Assembly (NCBI GenBank): GCA_023231475.1 | Contig: JALJEE010000537.1 | Coordinates: 1 to 64,000 of the forward strand | Source: Seison nebaliae | Lineage: Eukaryota | Length of the DNA: 64,000 bases | Reading direction: 5' to 3' | Shown here: positions 1 through 13,779 of the stretch, piece after piece | How positions within the stretch are numbered: position 1 is the first letter of the stretch | How the letters are laid out: each line of letters begins with the position of its first letter | Position numbers and translations under genes: made by a program | Notes under the pieces: model-generated | Seen by the model: the letters and a program-made list of their open reading frames with translations, nothing else | Databases searched by the model: none | Told to the model about the DNA's origin: nothing

Positions 1-386
1 ACTTTGTGTTAGGAAATGAACTTCCAATAGTTGTAATCGTTGACTATCGTTAAAACGATGTTCGACGATCTTCCAAAACATGATAATCGTCATATGTTTA
101 TCATGATATCCTGTCAAATGGAAAATTATTTATTTTTGTAAGTTTATAATGCCAACCTCCTTTATATTCCGTATACTTCTTCCAATCTTCCACATCCACT
201 TCTTGTTTACCGGAAGTAATTAGATGAAGATCATCTGGTTCGATATAAGTTCAAATTAATTTCGCATCGATTATCTTCAAACATATTTGAAAAGAGAAAT
301 TAAATTTTAAAATAAACTTCATAAAATCCTTCTTGAATATATTTCAAGTTCCGTTCCATATTTCGATGTAATCTCCAACTAATCAT
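1..386 (-). pseudogene. 5'-truncated HECT-domain E3 ubiquitin ligase fragment (NEDD4/HECW-like) with an in-frame TGA; runs off the window edge
   Basis: Spliced translation (introns 275-317, 111-156, donor at 21): MISWRLHRNMERNLKYIQEGFYE|IIDAKLI*TYIEPDDLHLITSGKQEVDVEDWKKYTEYKG|GYHDKHMTIIMFWKIVEHRFNDSQRLQLLE, resembling the HECW-type HECT stretch WR..GFYE..IDLNDWRNNTEYRGGYHD..WFW..FNNEQRLRLLQ. TGA at 253-251. No upstream HECT exons are visible before the Islet 3' end. Confidence 0.75.
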
Positions 387-903
387 CCCATATCTTCATT
401 CTTCTCATAACCATTGTATTTTAAATTGTTTTAAAATGCTTATAGATAAGTAAGACAAATATTTGTTAAGTTTCCGGAAGAAAGTAATTCTTTTTCGATT
501 TTAAAGATTTTATGTTTTTATTATTCTATGTATTAATTGTATATAATCTTTTTTATATATTATATACTAAAATTGTATATACCACCATTATTGCATTTAT
601 AGTTTATATATGAATTTTGCACCAATTTGGGCACTAATTTAAGTTATTGGCAGGAAATAAAAATGCTATCTGAAGCAGCATTATTTTTTACGTAGACTAA
701 TTATTTTTATTTGTAATTTGCTTTCGGCCCCATCGAGTACTTCCCTTGTAAGAGGAAAAAAAATTTATGGAATTAGACAATGAAATTTTAATGGGAAAAA
801 AACTATAAAATTTATTTAGAAAGTAAATGTTCTGTACGATAAATTGAGTGAAATAAATAAATAAAAAATCATTTAATAGTAATTGAATTATCATATGTCA
901 TTC

Positions 904-3340
904 TTATTTGTTTACATTACTTATCAATCCTTCTGCATTGTTCATCGATAACAAGGTTGACGTCTCATTGTTCATCAGGTTATTATTATTATTATTATTA
1001 ATGTTATTTGGATTTGATGTGGTAACGAATTTTTTTGTTGAATTTATTAACATTTGTTGAGCTGCCAAATCAGCAGGATTGATTAATGGTGACATATTTT
1101 GTGGTCTTAAAAGATTTCGAAGGAATTGAGGATGGTTAAAACCGTTGGGTGTTGAATGATTGAATTGACCAGTTCCAGATAAACCGGCAACACTAGCGGC
1201 AGCCATCCAAGCGGCATGAGCAGGAGAAAATAAGGCCGAATGAGCATTAGTGGCCACATTTGGATTAGCGAAAGTTTGAATATCAACACTAGTAACGAGA
1301 TCATTTCGAACGGGTGAATGTGCCACTAATGGAATGCCCATTCCCAAACGATTCTATAGAACAGAATAATTTCAGTATTGAAATTCAAAGTTAAATTAAA
1401 TCAGTCACAAACACAACACCAAATTACAAGTAAAAAATCAAAAAAGGATAAGTGATGATTTCATTTTGAGAAGATAAAAAATCAAATCCTTAAAAGAATT
1501 GATTAAATAATAAATTATGATAATATGATACACACAAGTATGAAAAAAATGATGGAAATGGTTTTTAAGTGTGAATGGAAAAATCAGGTTTAGCAAACGA
1601 CAGTTTTTGAGTGGCAAAAGGCAAAAATGGATGTAACAAAGGGGCTAAGGTTACTGGTGCGGCAGACGAATGCAGAAAATTACCAACTTTCTGTGCATTG
1701 TCTTGCATTTGTTTCAGAAGTATACTCTTCTTCTTATCTTTACATCGTTTATTCTGGAACCAAACACGAATGACTCGTGGAGATAAACCGGTCATCTCAA
1801 CCAACTGCTCTTTCATCAAAGCATCCGGTCGAGGATTTGCAGCGTAACATGTTCGTAACATGTGTAATTGTTTCTCATTTAAAACAGTTCGAATACGAGT
1901 CGCTTTCTCTTTGTTCATTGGTTGTTTGTTAAATGTTGATCGATTATTATTATTATTATTCGTATTATTATTCGATTTATTATTGGTATTCTTCGATTTA
2001 TTCTTTAATCGATTCTTCTTATTTTCATCACCATCTTCATTATCAAAATCGGAATCTTCTTCTTCGTCGTCATTTTCGATCTCATTCTCGTACTCTTCGA
2101 TGTTCTCTTCATTCTCAATATTCGTATTAATTTCCAAAGACTTGTTACCTTCCGACGAGTAACTTTCGTTAATCGAATTTTCAAAATTCTTCAAATCTTC
2201 TTCGCCGGTAAAATTGTTCGATTTTCCATTATCTCCTCCTCCACTCACTGGCGTCAGAAGAGCAATAGATGCTTCATTTTGATCATTCAACATATTCGTT
2301 TCATTGATGGTATTTGTATCTATAAATTCAAACGAGAATAAGAAAATATTATTTTATTTTAGAAATAAAGTTTTAAATTAATTTTTCCTGATTTTCACAT
2401 TTATAAAATAAATAAAATGAAACTTTTAAACTAACCACTTTTAGAAAGATTATTTAAATTATTCGTCACAAGACCATTCAACAATAAATTGTTTGTTTCA
2501 TTAACACAAACACCACTATCATCATCGCTTAATAAGGAACCGTCGGATCGTTGATGTTTGTTCGATGCGGAACTCGGAACAAAATGAGCGAATGGTAATG
2601 GAATGGGAGAGGAGCAATAACAATTCTCTCGATATCCATATCGACTATGGATCTCGTTCAAATGTGTTTTGATAATATTATTGGAATTGATGATGAAACC
2701 GTTGCAATTCTGACACACCTCCAATGTCAACGACAAATAAGTTCCTGGAATATTTTGAAAATTGTTTATTTGATTCATATACTCTCGATTCGTCACATCA
2801 TCGTCATCTAATTTTGATTTTTTGATGGAAACACTGTCGTTCGTGTCTTCCGTTGGATGAGCACGTTTGTCATTCCTTTCGACGTTATTCTTCTTCTGCT
2901 CGATATACAGATGAGTATCATTCTTACAAACGATTTCCGTATTTTCCGTTACAATATATTCGTCACCCGGACAAAGGACTTTATGACAGAAGATACATCG
3001 GAAACAATCCACATGATATTTCACGTTTTCACTATTCTTCATCACTAGACTATCGTTCGTAAATTCAACTCCACACGCAAAACAACTCGTTCCATGAAAA
3101 CTGAAATTTTAAAGAAAATTAAAAAATAAAATTTCAAAAAATTTTTAATTTATCAATTAACCGATTATAATCTTTCTTACAATATATGGAACCGTTCTTG
3201 ATGAAACACGTGTAGGCTTCGTTGAGGAAAGTGGAACAAATGGAACATTTCAAACATTTGGAATGCCATTCAATGTTATCGCCTACTTTCATGACAAACA
3301 TATCGGTGATCTTCTCTCCACATCCGAAACATTTTCCCAT
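904..3340 (-). CDS. isl1: Islet-class LIM-homeodomain transcription factor
   Basis: Two LIM domains ([41 protein letters not shown]), homeodomain [59 protein letters not shown] typical of Islet, and LIM-binding segment [13 protein letters not shown]. Frame-preserving introns 3101-3161, 2320-2435, 1354-1687. An acceptor at 3343-3344 suggests a further upstream exon (ATG TCT T|GTTTAT at 3715-3709 fits the phase but is speculative). Confidence 0.95.
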
Positions 3341-6300
3341 ATCTATTTTTGAGAATAGAAAAAAGAAGTGAAATTATTTAGTTTTGAAAAGAAAACAAAT
3401 AAATGAATGAAGTTGATGGTGAAAGGAAGAAAGGATAATGATCGAAAACGAGAATCGCATTGATGAGAGGTGGTAAGTTAGATCACGAAAAATGGAATTC
3501 TTAAAAAAGTATGAGATATTTCCACCGACATTTATTACACATATACCTTTCGTGTGATTGGTGGAAGTTTTATCTGAGGAAATATGGAACAGTTTTAGGA
3601 GAAAACTGAGAATTAAGCGATGATTATCTAAAAGGAAAATGATTAGAAAATTAAGAAAAGTATGAAACAAATTTGGAGAAGTGTAAAACTTATTTCCTTA
3701 GAATAAACAAGACATTTATCTCAATTTCAATGGGGAGGAAACATTTATTATTACTATCGTTCGTACTGGTAGTTTCGCGTAATTGAAAGAATTCAAAAAT
3801 AATAAATAAACTTTCATCTGATCGCCTACTCTTCCTTCATATCATCTCAACCAATACATTTCTTTTGACTTTCTTTTGATTTGTTGCACATCCGAAAGAT
3901 TAATGGATGGCTGTTACATGTTCAATATTGTGGGGTCGGGAAAACTATATGCAACATCAAATGGAGAACATTACTCGCACGATTACAATCTCAAACAAAA
4001 AACATTTATGTGAAGAAACATTTGGATCTCTCGAAAAATATCCTTCATAAAAACGAAGAGTTTCATTTTTCTACTTTGCAGTAAGAATGGATGACATAGT
4101 GGAAAATCTTTATCTCTATTTCAACCTTCACAATGAGAGATTGTCTTAACGCTTCCCATAATCCATCGACGTCATCTCGTCAATCATACTAATGCATATA
4201 AAAAGTGTAGAGGAATAAGCAGGAAAAGGGAGAGACTATTGAGAAGTTAATGGTTTTGAATGTGGAAATCCGTTTTTTCATTATCTTCTTCTTTAAGAAG
4301 TTTATGTCAACAAAATTGGTTGATTTCCCCAACAATTTTTAATATAAATGTACTCGAATTCAATGGGCTTCTTGGAATGTTCTCTAACGACAACTAATCG
4401 ATTTCTACTCGTCTTCAATTGCCCATGGAATTCGAAATATTGGTCCGCGAATGACAATGTTGTTGGGAATACGATGGTGTGGATATTCCACCAAAACAAC
4501 AAGATTAGATCGACGATTATTTGTAATAAAAATGTGAGTGAAAGGATAAGAATAATAAATAGGAACGATGATGATGGTGATGGTGATGGAAAGATTGTGG
4601 ACGGGAGAAGGTTTTTAGTATTTTCTTCATTCTGGAATAAAAGGAACTATAAGTGAATTACTCAATGGGAAAACATTGGACAATTCTGTTTTCTTAATGG
4701 ATTGTAATGAACAATAACAATGGAATTAGTATGAACCATCATAATGGAAACGAAATGAAGGTAATATAGAATAGTGAGTGAGTCACACAAAATTCAGAGA
4801 GCCCATCCACAGTAACACCGTTCGATGGAGATGGAAATAAGAAAGAAAGACGGAATTATTCGCCAGAAGCCATTGAATAACTCCGATTCTCCAGCAATAG
4901 AAGCGCATCAGTACATTCCAGATTGGAAATGTCCGAAAACTATTGGCGGCAATTTACTTCAAATAGACAGCAGAGAGAAAGAGAGAGAAAGGAATGCCAC
5001 ATGGGAAATTCTTGCAAGTAATGAAATTAGCATTGATTCGAAAATATATACATATGGAATATGTTCGACATTTCCTTTTATCATAAACTTTCGTAAAATA
5101 TATTAGGACGAACCATCCGACACAAATGTAAAATATCATTAAACGATGTTATCGTCGGAGATTCCCCCCACAATATCTGTAGGGAGAAAGTTTATTTTAA
5201 TTTATGGAGGCGAAATAATATGGGGAATATAGAAGATTGATAAACAATCCTTTCTTGTTGCTAATGTACTCAAAGGCTTTTAGTCTCCACCAATCATTAT
5301 TCTTCAAATCTGCACCATCTTCCATTCGGAGAGTGAATATCGTTAAATAAATACAGAATAACTATTATCCATTTAAAAAGAGGAGGAGACGAAATGTAAA
5401 AAAATAATCGTTCTATTTAGTTGTATAATGATGATGTTATGAAAACAAAAAGAATCTGTCTACCAAATCAGAAGAATTATTATTTTTTGGAAAATTTATT
5501 TTCCATCGAAATTTGGAAATAAAATAATTTTCTCATTTTGCACTCTCCTTTGGTTAGATAAAGAAATTTCTTTAAAAGAAACCCTCTCGTATAAAATAGG
5601 ACATTGAATAAGACATTGAATTCACCATCATGATGATCGTATCAAAATGAAGTGACGGAATTGTGAATACGCACGCCAAACAATTATTAGGGGAAAATGA
5701 GAAAGACAAGAGAATCTTATTGAATTAATACAATATCTTCTTCTTGTCAAAATGAATTTGACAACCTGTCAATTTTACATTAGATGATAACGAGAAATGA
5801 TCTTGGTCGATATCGGCTATTCGCACCAAACGTCGTATTCTATAACTCTTCTCTCAGATAAAGATTCGTGAAGCAAAACGCGAATAAATAATTCTCACAA
5901 TCGACCGATATCATCAACAACTTTCTGTCATTCAAAGAACTACCGTCAAATTCGACGATCATTCCACAATCTGTTAGTTCTTCCATTAAAGTTGTAGAAT
6001 TACGAGATGATTATGTTAAGTGACATAATGGAATATAAGATGGAACTCCTTACCACAATTCAAGTTCCACCAATTACCGAGTAGGCGGAGTTACATGAAA
6101 TTTCGAATTAGAATAATGACAGAGTGATTTCCCATACCAACATCGACAACATCACTAACAAGTAATATTTGCCTTTCTAATTATATTGTAAACATTTGAA
6201 GAGGTCAAAATAATTCGACGTTAACTCAAATCGAATTACGAGCACGTTTTACTGTTGAAAGTACTTAGAATTCTCTGTTGAAAAAGAAATATTGATTATG

Positions 6301-9300
6301 AAAGCAAATGTTAGCCAAATGTGTATATATAATTGAGGGGGGGAGATAATCTAAATCTCATCACCTCATTATACGAATGTGTTGGCCATGCTTCTATTTG
6401 ACGAACACAACATCTTCACAGTGAATTCTCCTAGTTTATTTTGACGCACTATCCGTCGCGAGTGAAGGAAAGTTCATTCAATTATCAATTCTCATCCATT
6501 CACACCAACTCATTGAGAAAGGATGTTTATTAATCTCACTCTAAATACATTAAGGAAAGAAAGTAGATCCACAAATCATTCTCTCGATAAATAAGAATTT
6601 TGAACATATTCAACCGATATAATTCAACAGACCACTCTTAAATGGAGCATATTCAATGCATACTTCACTATTCGTTATACAACTGAATTAAATTCCTGGC
6701 AACGAGTGTACTAAACAAATGTGGTTTGTTGTGAACTCATTTAGTCCAATTCGACTACTCTCTCCTCTACACTTTCTTAGATAAATTATGTAATTGGTCT
6801 TTGTTGTTTCTTACAAATTCTTCCCAATTCAACATGTCAATAGGTGACGAATTATATCGTTTAGTTAACATTCCTCTCCACTTCGTCAAGTAGAGATCGA
6901 AGTTTTTTAGGAAATAAGAGAAGGAAATTCCTAATTGAAAAGAAGGAGAACAATCTAATGAAATTGTTGGAGTAGAATGAGATTATATGGAATAATATTT
7001 CAATATTCTTCAGTTGTTTATTTAATGTCGAGAAAGGAATTCTCATCGACTATATTCTGACAGGAAATGGTAAATTCTTCGAGAGCTGATTCCTTACCAA
7101 AACTTTTCCTAGACAATTGTTGTTGTGCTGATTCCGTTTGGCATAAACTGATCAATCAAATGAAATAAATACTCGATCGATAACACGAGAGAAAAGGAAG
7201 TGCTTCCTAAATAATCTTGTCGAGAGTTCCAATACATACAATCCTTGTTGTTGTTGATGATGATGATGATGAAGAGATTCCACCAATTCACACTTTGTGC
7301 ATATTGTCTGCTGCACACTTATTGTGAGAGGGAGAAAGAAAGAAGATGATAGTAGAAAAATAAATACTGGAAATGAATGAAGAATGAAAGGGAGATATGT
7401 GTGCAAACGTCAAACACTCCTTTCCATCGCCATTCTCATCATGATGATTATCGTTATCATTATTATTGGGGGATGGAAGCAAAGTGGAATAATGCTTCTC
7501 CTACCAATAATAGCCGTATCGTACAAGTGCAAAGGTAAATGTAAAGTAATCAGCCTAAAAGCATTTACCACTTTACATTTCTGCAGCAAGATACCAATCG
7601 TATATTTGTAAGGTTTATGCAATACATTTAATCTTCCTTCTCATCTAACGTGACAGCTAATGGAACATCCTCTTCCAACTAATATAATATAAGTGAAACC
7701 TTCATCCATAAAACATGTTTCCTTCTCCACCATTAAACGGTGTAATAATAACCCCATTAAAAATTGAGTAAACAAATATTTTTCAAATTTAATTTATCAA
7801 ATTAAATCGATAACGTTTCGTACGAACATTTTCCTAAACAAATTCCAAAAGAAAACTTTACTGAGAAATGGTAAAAGAAATGGTGTGGAGGACGGCAATC
7901 AACAAGCGAACTCTCAGTTTAGTTTCAAATCGGAAAAAAGAACAGGAAAATGCATTTATTAAAATCAGTATCAAGTAGCTTATGTACTCAAATGTTTGCC
8001 CCAATTCATCTTATGCCGAGTGGTGACTTCCATCTTAATGGATTTTTTAATTGAATTAATGCATCTATTGATTCGAAATGACGAATAAAGCTAGAGGTAA
8101 CTAACTTTGCATATGCATCCATCGGAATCACATACAGAAATAGAATGACGTTCTTTTAATCTTTCGCGTCAATTTTCATTCTCGCTACTTCTCTATCAAT
8201 TTCTCCCGTCGTATCGCGACGAAAGTGAAAAAAGGTTTAACTGAAATTTATGAATAAAATTCATGTCGACGAAAGACCGCCTCATTAAACTCGGGTGTTA
8301 AGGTAAGCGAATGGAAAATACAGATCTTTTGATTGAGAAAGGATGAAGAAGACAGCGAATTGCGAGCACGATAACTTAATTTAATTCAATGACCTCCAAT
8401 CGATCACTAAGAAGTTAAGCGGCGAACTGAACATTATCGTGAGGCGAAAAACAATTCGATAGTGTCGTCGAGGAAATACTTCAATTTCATACATATCGTT
8501 TCTTCTACTCACGTCAGTTGAATCAGAAAAAGGTTTTGACGAATTAAAATGATATTTCGAGAAAATTTTACCTCCTTCAATTTTCATAGAATTTCGAAGA
8601 TTTCGGTAATTATCTTGAGACAATATCAATCTTATTTTCAGGTTCGAGTGATAAGTGATTAAGGAAGGCAGATGCTCAACTCGAGAGAAGAGAAGAGATT
8701 TGAGCACAATTCACTAAACGGAATAGATAATAGAAGAAAAGATAAACATTCAATCTGAGATAGACCAATCTAAGCATAAATTAATCACCATTCATTCAAA
8801 TATATTATTTCTACAACCAACTCAATTTCCAATTTATCAATATATGAGATCGATTCTATATAATTCTCTTATTATTCGCCACACGCCCCATATATTCACC
8901 AATCTTTCCCATATTCCTCATTCTAGAACTTTATGATACAGTTTGGCAGGTGTAAGAAATTTTATATTATAATGAAACATGAAGTACCCCGTGATTGAGT
9001 TATCGGAGTTGGAAGCGGCCAAAATTCTTTCTTGACACATCCAAACTTCATCTTCGATTCATGTCAAATTAATAATCTCAAGTTCATTTGAAAATAATAC
9101 TTCTTGAAGAGACCTAATTCCGACACATTAATTTCTAATGCAATTATATCTCTACTATTTTCACTTTCTCTTCTCTCCTTTCAAAATCTCAACAACATTC
9201 TCTTATTATCAACAATCTGGTAATTAACGACATCTCTACACGATCCTTTTCACTAAATTTTAATCTGTGTCAAATTCTGAATAGAGTCGACCTTTCGGTC

Positions 9301-9881
9301 GAATGTGCATTAGCAGAAAATTCATTCATCTGCTTCTTTCCGTGAATTAAATATAAATTTATACAAATATGAGCTCTCTATCGTGGCCCAACGTGATAAC
9401 TAATGATACGGTTTAATGGAACTATAATGATGATATTTATGCCATTACCATTATTAATACTATTCCATTTGCTACTACCAATACGCGAAAGTCAAGAGTC
9501 CTAATTAAAATTTTTCCAGGTAACACATTCCTCATTATTTATTCCACTCTCTCAACTAAGCGAAATGTTTTCGTTCCAATTCTCACTCAAGAGTTTTACT
9601 CTATCGCAATTTGAGAAATTAACTATACCCTCCCAACCTAACATAAAACTGATCTTTGAAACGATTTAGCTTTTAAGAAAATTTGAATGATAGTCTTTCA
9701 TGGAAACCGTAAAAAATTTGAATACTAAAAATTAAATTTATTTGAAATTTATAAAGATGATGATATCAGATTTTATTTCCTAGGTGATTTTATTATTTTA
9801 GTTCAAAAACAGTCGAAAAAATAGTTTTTTTTACTTTTCTTCTTCTTCGGCCTCACTTATCGTAAAATAATTTGGTTTTCG

Positions 9882-10651
9882 TTATTCTCTTTTAGTTTTC
9901 GGTTCATTTTCTTCGTTGGAAGTTAATTTGTCATCAATTGTAGTGGGCGATTCGTTTTCTGGTTGTTGTTCAATTTCCTCCTCAGCGAGAAGTTGCTGAT
10001 CACTTTTAGATTTTGTAGGTTCATTGACTATTTCGTTATCATCGGGAGAGTTCGCAAATTGCTTCTCATTTATTGATTTGCCATTAGCCATTTTTTCTTT
10101 TTGAACTGAATATAAATTTTTCACGAAAATTTCTGAAAGTTGATTCACTCTTCGTTGTAGACGAAATTCTGAAATTTTCAAATCTCCCAAATAATTCGTG
10201 AGGAAATCGAATGTTGTTCCAGTTGCCTTTGCAAATAATTCTTGTAAGTTATCTAATTCGTCATGTACCTCGGTAACTAAAGCTAAATAATCTTGAGCTT
10301 CGTCAATGTCGACGGTGTCCAAGGTGGATTTGGTTAATTCGACAATAGTATTTATTCGAATTTTTATTTCTTCGGTATTAGCCGCCAATTTCATTTTCAC
10401 CAGATTTTTCAAATATTTCAAATCGCTGTAAGTTATGTCCGTTCGAGATTGATGCATCTCAGCCATTCTTTCTATGTTACAATTATCAATTAATATCAAT
10501 TATTATCGGCAATAATTTTCTAACGGAATGTAGTACTGTACGCCTTATTGGAAATGCGTTGTATTTCATCCAGTTGTTGTTGTTGGACTTCTTTATCTGT
10601 GACACCATCGACTTGAATTATAGACAATAAGATCAAGGTTGGTAAAATCAT
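9882..10651 (-). CDS. Orphan putative secreted helical/coiled-coil protein with acidic C-terminus
   Basis: ATG at 10651 gives the signal-peptide-like MILPTLILLSIIQVDG. A 53-nt intron (10472-10524, GTTAGA..TAG) joins it in frame to the 205-aa ORF. No family recognised. Confidence 0.7.
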
Positions 10652-12538
10652 TTAAAAGCAAATTAAAAAGGAAAAAGAAAGTTTATTTTGATCTTAATCT
10701 AATCAAACTGTTTCAATATCCAGCTGTTTTCCATATCTATTCCTGAAATATAGTTTACTCTTCTTTCATAATTGCACCAAAGTTAATATAAATCATCACA
10801 TGGTATAATAGAGAAATCTAGTCAAATTATAAGATCCTGATTTAATGATAGCGATGCTAAATTGCTTGACATATTGCTTAATTTATGATTATAGATTAAT
10901 AATTAAATTCTTATCATATTACAATTGCCCAAAAGTGTAAACCTAACCATTTAATGATACACGTAAAAAGAACGACAGAAAACGGTAAAGTATGACAGAT
11001 TATTGACGAAAATGAACATTGACGAAAAGTATCAAATTATACTAAAGCAACTTGATGATGTGGAAAAGAATTCACAAAGAATCCTTATCTTAGAAATCCG
11101 CTTAGAATCTCTATCTAAAAGCCGAGAATCAAGAAGTGTTAAAGACATTTTTAAAAACGTCAACCGGTCGCAATTACTTTTTCACAATCAGAATATTCTA
11201 AAGAAACTTTTGAATCATCTACTTCTTCATCTTCTCAATCATCTTCTTCATCAATTTCTTCTTCATCATCTCTTTCATCTTTTAAATTAATTTCTTCTCC
11301 CCATCAGTTTTATCTTCTGGATCGTCATTTTCATTGAACAATCGTAAATTTAGTTCAATCTCAGCAAATGGTATACACAATGCACGGATTAATAAATTCA
11401 AAATTACATTGATTACAGATTAACGAACAGTGCTATTGACGATCTTTTAAGTTATGTTTTAAATCACCTCGATAAAAATTAAAATAAATTAAACAATTTT
11501 TAATGCAGGAATATCTCTTGAACTATTTGTATATCTTAATATCTATAAAAGTAATTTGATTTTTTTTATAAATATAATTCTTCATTATTTTCAGTTTTAT
11601 GCGGTTTTTTGTTTTATCATTCATAATAAATTTGTTGTTATTGAAAACTTTATTTTAATTTCTCGATACATTAAAATTAATATAAAATGAAATAAAAATG
11701 ACGGAACTACCATCGAGAATTGGAGTACGATGATGTGTCCGAGTGATGAAAATAAAATATATGTACAAATACAAGGTCATTGCTCAATAATAATTGGTAT
11801 CAAGGTCAATTTTAATAACACACCAAAGAAGTGTAGTTTCAGTATAAAAAATTTCCTCAAAAACATTATAATTTTCAACGAATCATCTGATCCAATTTCG
11901 TAGAATGATAAATTATTTTCTTTCGATTTCCTTCATCGACTTGTTTCCTTGTTTTGGAGACATAATTTCCTCATTTCTTTTTCCGAAGCAATCCAGCAAT
12001 GTCTATGAATTTCCTATTTCTCTCACTTAGAGGAAATATATCTATAAATTTATTCCAAACAATGTTACATCATACAGTATGACGTGAAGTTATTTCGATG
12101 GAATGGAATGGAAATTTAGTTACTGGAAAATAATTCAACACCAAAAGCTGAGAATATATGTATGAGGCGGTGATCAATTATAAATTTTAAATTGAAAACT
12201 CTATTCATTAGTTACTTAATTATTAATTTTCAATTTAGTTTATGATTATTAATCATTTGATGGTGGTGTGAATTTAACTACTTTTCAGTATAGTTATTTT
12301 CCTGGAAACATCAAATAATTGACTGACTAATTTGAATAGGAACGATATTGGAATTAGTGATCTGGAACTATAATTAATTGCATAAAATTGTTGTTCTTGT
12401 GTCACAAGAACTCTTCTTCACTTTCATTCGTTTATCGAACTTAGAGAAAAGAGAGAGAGGTTTATGTTGGAAATAAATATTTGAATGATAACTCAAATGA
12501 AATTATTTATTCAACCGTATCGAAATTAGAGAACGAAA

Positions 12539-13771
12539 ATGGTCAAACATACGATAGCGAGATTAATCAGTCGTTTATGTCACAAACTAAATTTGAATAG
12601 AATTTTTGGTGCGATTGGTGTTCAAGAGAACAATTACGATAAATTGAACTTCCAATTTTCTCGAGTAAACAAAAATATTAAAAGTAGACGAAAATGTTGT
12701 TTCGTAACTTCTCTTTTTCTTCTTCTTTTCTTCATTTGTTTCATTTATGTGTTACACAATTTCATTCTACCAAGTTCCATGGGCTATTACGATAAGCCAT
12801 GTATTATGACTGAGAATGAGTTATCTTATTCGATATGTGAAATGTATAGTATTGTTCGAACGATGGTTCTTTTAAATCAGACAATTTGGATCGAAGATGG
12901 TACTTTACTCGGTTTCTTCAAATATGGTTCCATTTTACCATGGGATGGTGATATCGATTTGTCAAGAATGAAATATACTTCGGAATCAATGGAAGATAAA
13001 TTAGCCGCGAGATTTATGATGAAAATTTCCCAAAGAGAAATCATCAATTGTCTGGGATCGGTTGTTGGCATCGTCTGTAATAGCAAGTTCGGATATGTCA
13101 AGATCGATTTGGAGCGATGGGAATTGAAGAAATCGTTATTCGATCAATCACCAAGGATTTGGCAACCGGATTCACCCGAACTTCAAATCATTCCATCGAA
13201 ACAAATTCGAATATTACAAAATTCAAATGATTTAGAGAAATTACTCAATCAGGACACTGAAGTTCAACTAGTGAAACATTTCCACTTGAGTACTTATCGA
13301 CGTGAACGTCATTTACAACAATTTGTCAAATTGTCGTTCGATCCGAAAGAAATATTTCCCATCCATTGGATCATACCAAACCAATTGACGAAGGAAACGG
13401 CCGAAGAACTCGGATATAGTACGGGGGAATTTTTTAAAATTATGAGATCGAAAATTTTCCTTCGAGCAGCTAATTTACCGATGGAATTCTGGAGGAAACG
13501 TCAACAAAACATAATTGAGAACAATTATGATTATAAGAAGAATAATTGGGATGAAATATATCATTTATATCTCTATAATAATATCAATTGTGAGACGACA
13601 CCGGAAATTGCTTGGGAATTATTGAAGCGTCTTCCAATTCCTTTTCCTCATCGTCCTGTGGAAATGTTAGTGAGTAAATATTCGAGATCATTTTTATTTA
13701 ATTTCCCTTATAAGTATAAATGTTATAATGTACAAAATTTCATTTATTATTTATATAAATTAATTTTCTAA
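12539..13771 (+). CDS. LicD/fukutin/FKRP-family nucleotidyltransferase-fold protein, type II membrane topology, intronless
   Basis: 410-aa ORF with an N-terminal hydrophobic segment (CCFVTSLFLLLFFICFIYVL) and the LicD signature IWIEDGTLLGFFKYGSILPWDGDIDL. Confidence 0.85.
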   Translation: MVKHTIARLISRLCHKLNLNRIFGAIGVQENNYDKLNFQFSRVNKNIKSRRKCCFVTSLFLLLFFICFIYVLHNFILPSSMGYYDKPCIMTENELSYSICEMYSIVRTMVLLNQTIWIEDGTLLGFFKYGSILPWDGDIDLSRMKYTSESMEDKLAARFMMKISQREIINCLGSVVGIVCNSKFGYVKIDLERWELKKSLFDQSPRIWQPDSPELQIIPSKQIRILQNSNDLEKLLNQDTEVQLVKHFHLSTYRRERHLQQFVKLSFDPKEIFPIHWIIPNQLTKETAEELGYSTGEFFKIMRSKIFLRAANLPMEFWRKRQQNIIENNYDYKKNNWDEIYHLYLYNNINCETTPEIAWELLKRLPIPFPHRPVEMLVSKYSRSFLFNFPYKYKCYNVQNFIYYLYKLIF

Positions 13772-13779
13772 TAAAATTA

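Noticed and set aside
251..253. TGA reassignment or selenocysteine in the HECT fragment
   Set aside because: TGA terminates ETFB, CFAP65 and Cks1 copy B, and no other reconstructed gene needs read-through.
3881..8707. Short ORFs (60-108 aa) upstream of Islet
   Set aside because: No recognisable motifs and no consistent splice chain; this is expected noise in AT-rich DNA.
11003..11460. 95-aa ORF and a minus-strand ALCIPF stretch faintly like a hAT transposase C-terminus
   Set aside because: The L/H-rich tail is just the antisense of GAT/GAA repeats; frames are broken and no terminal inverted repeats or target-site duplication were seen.
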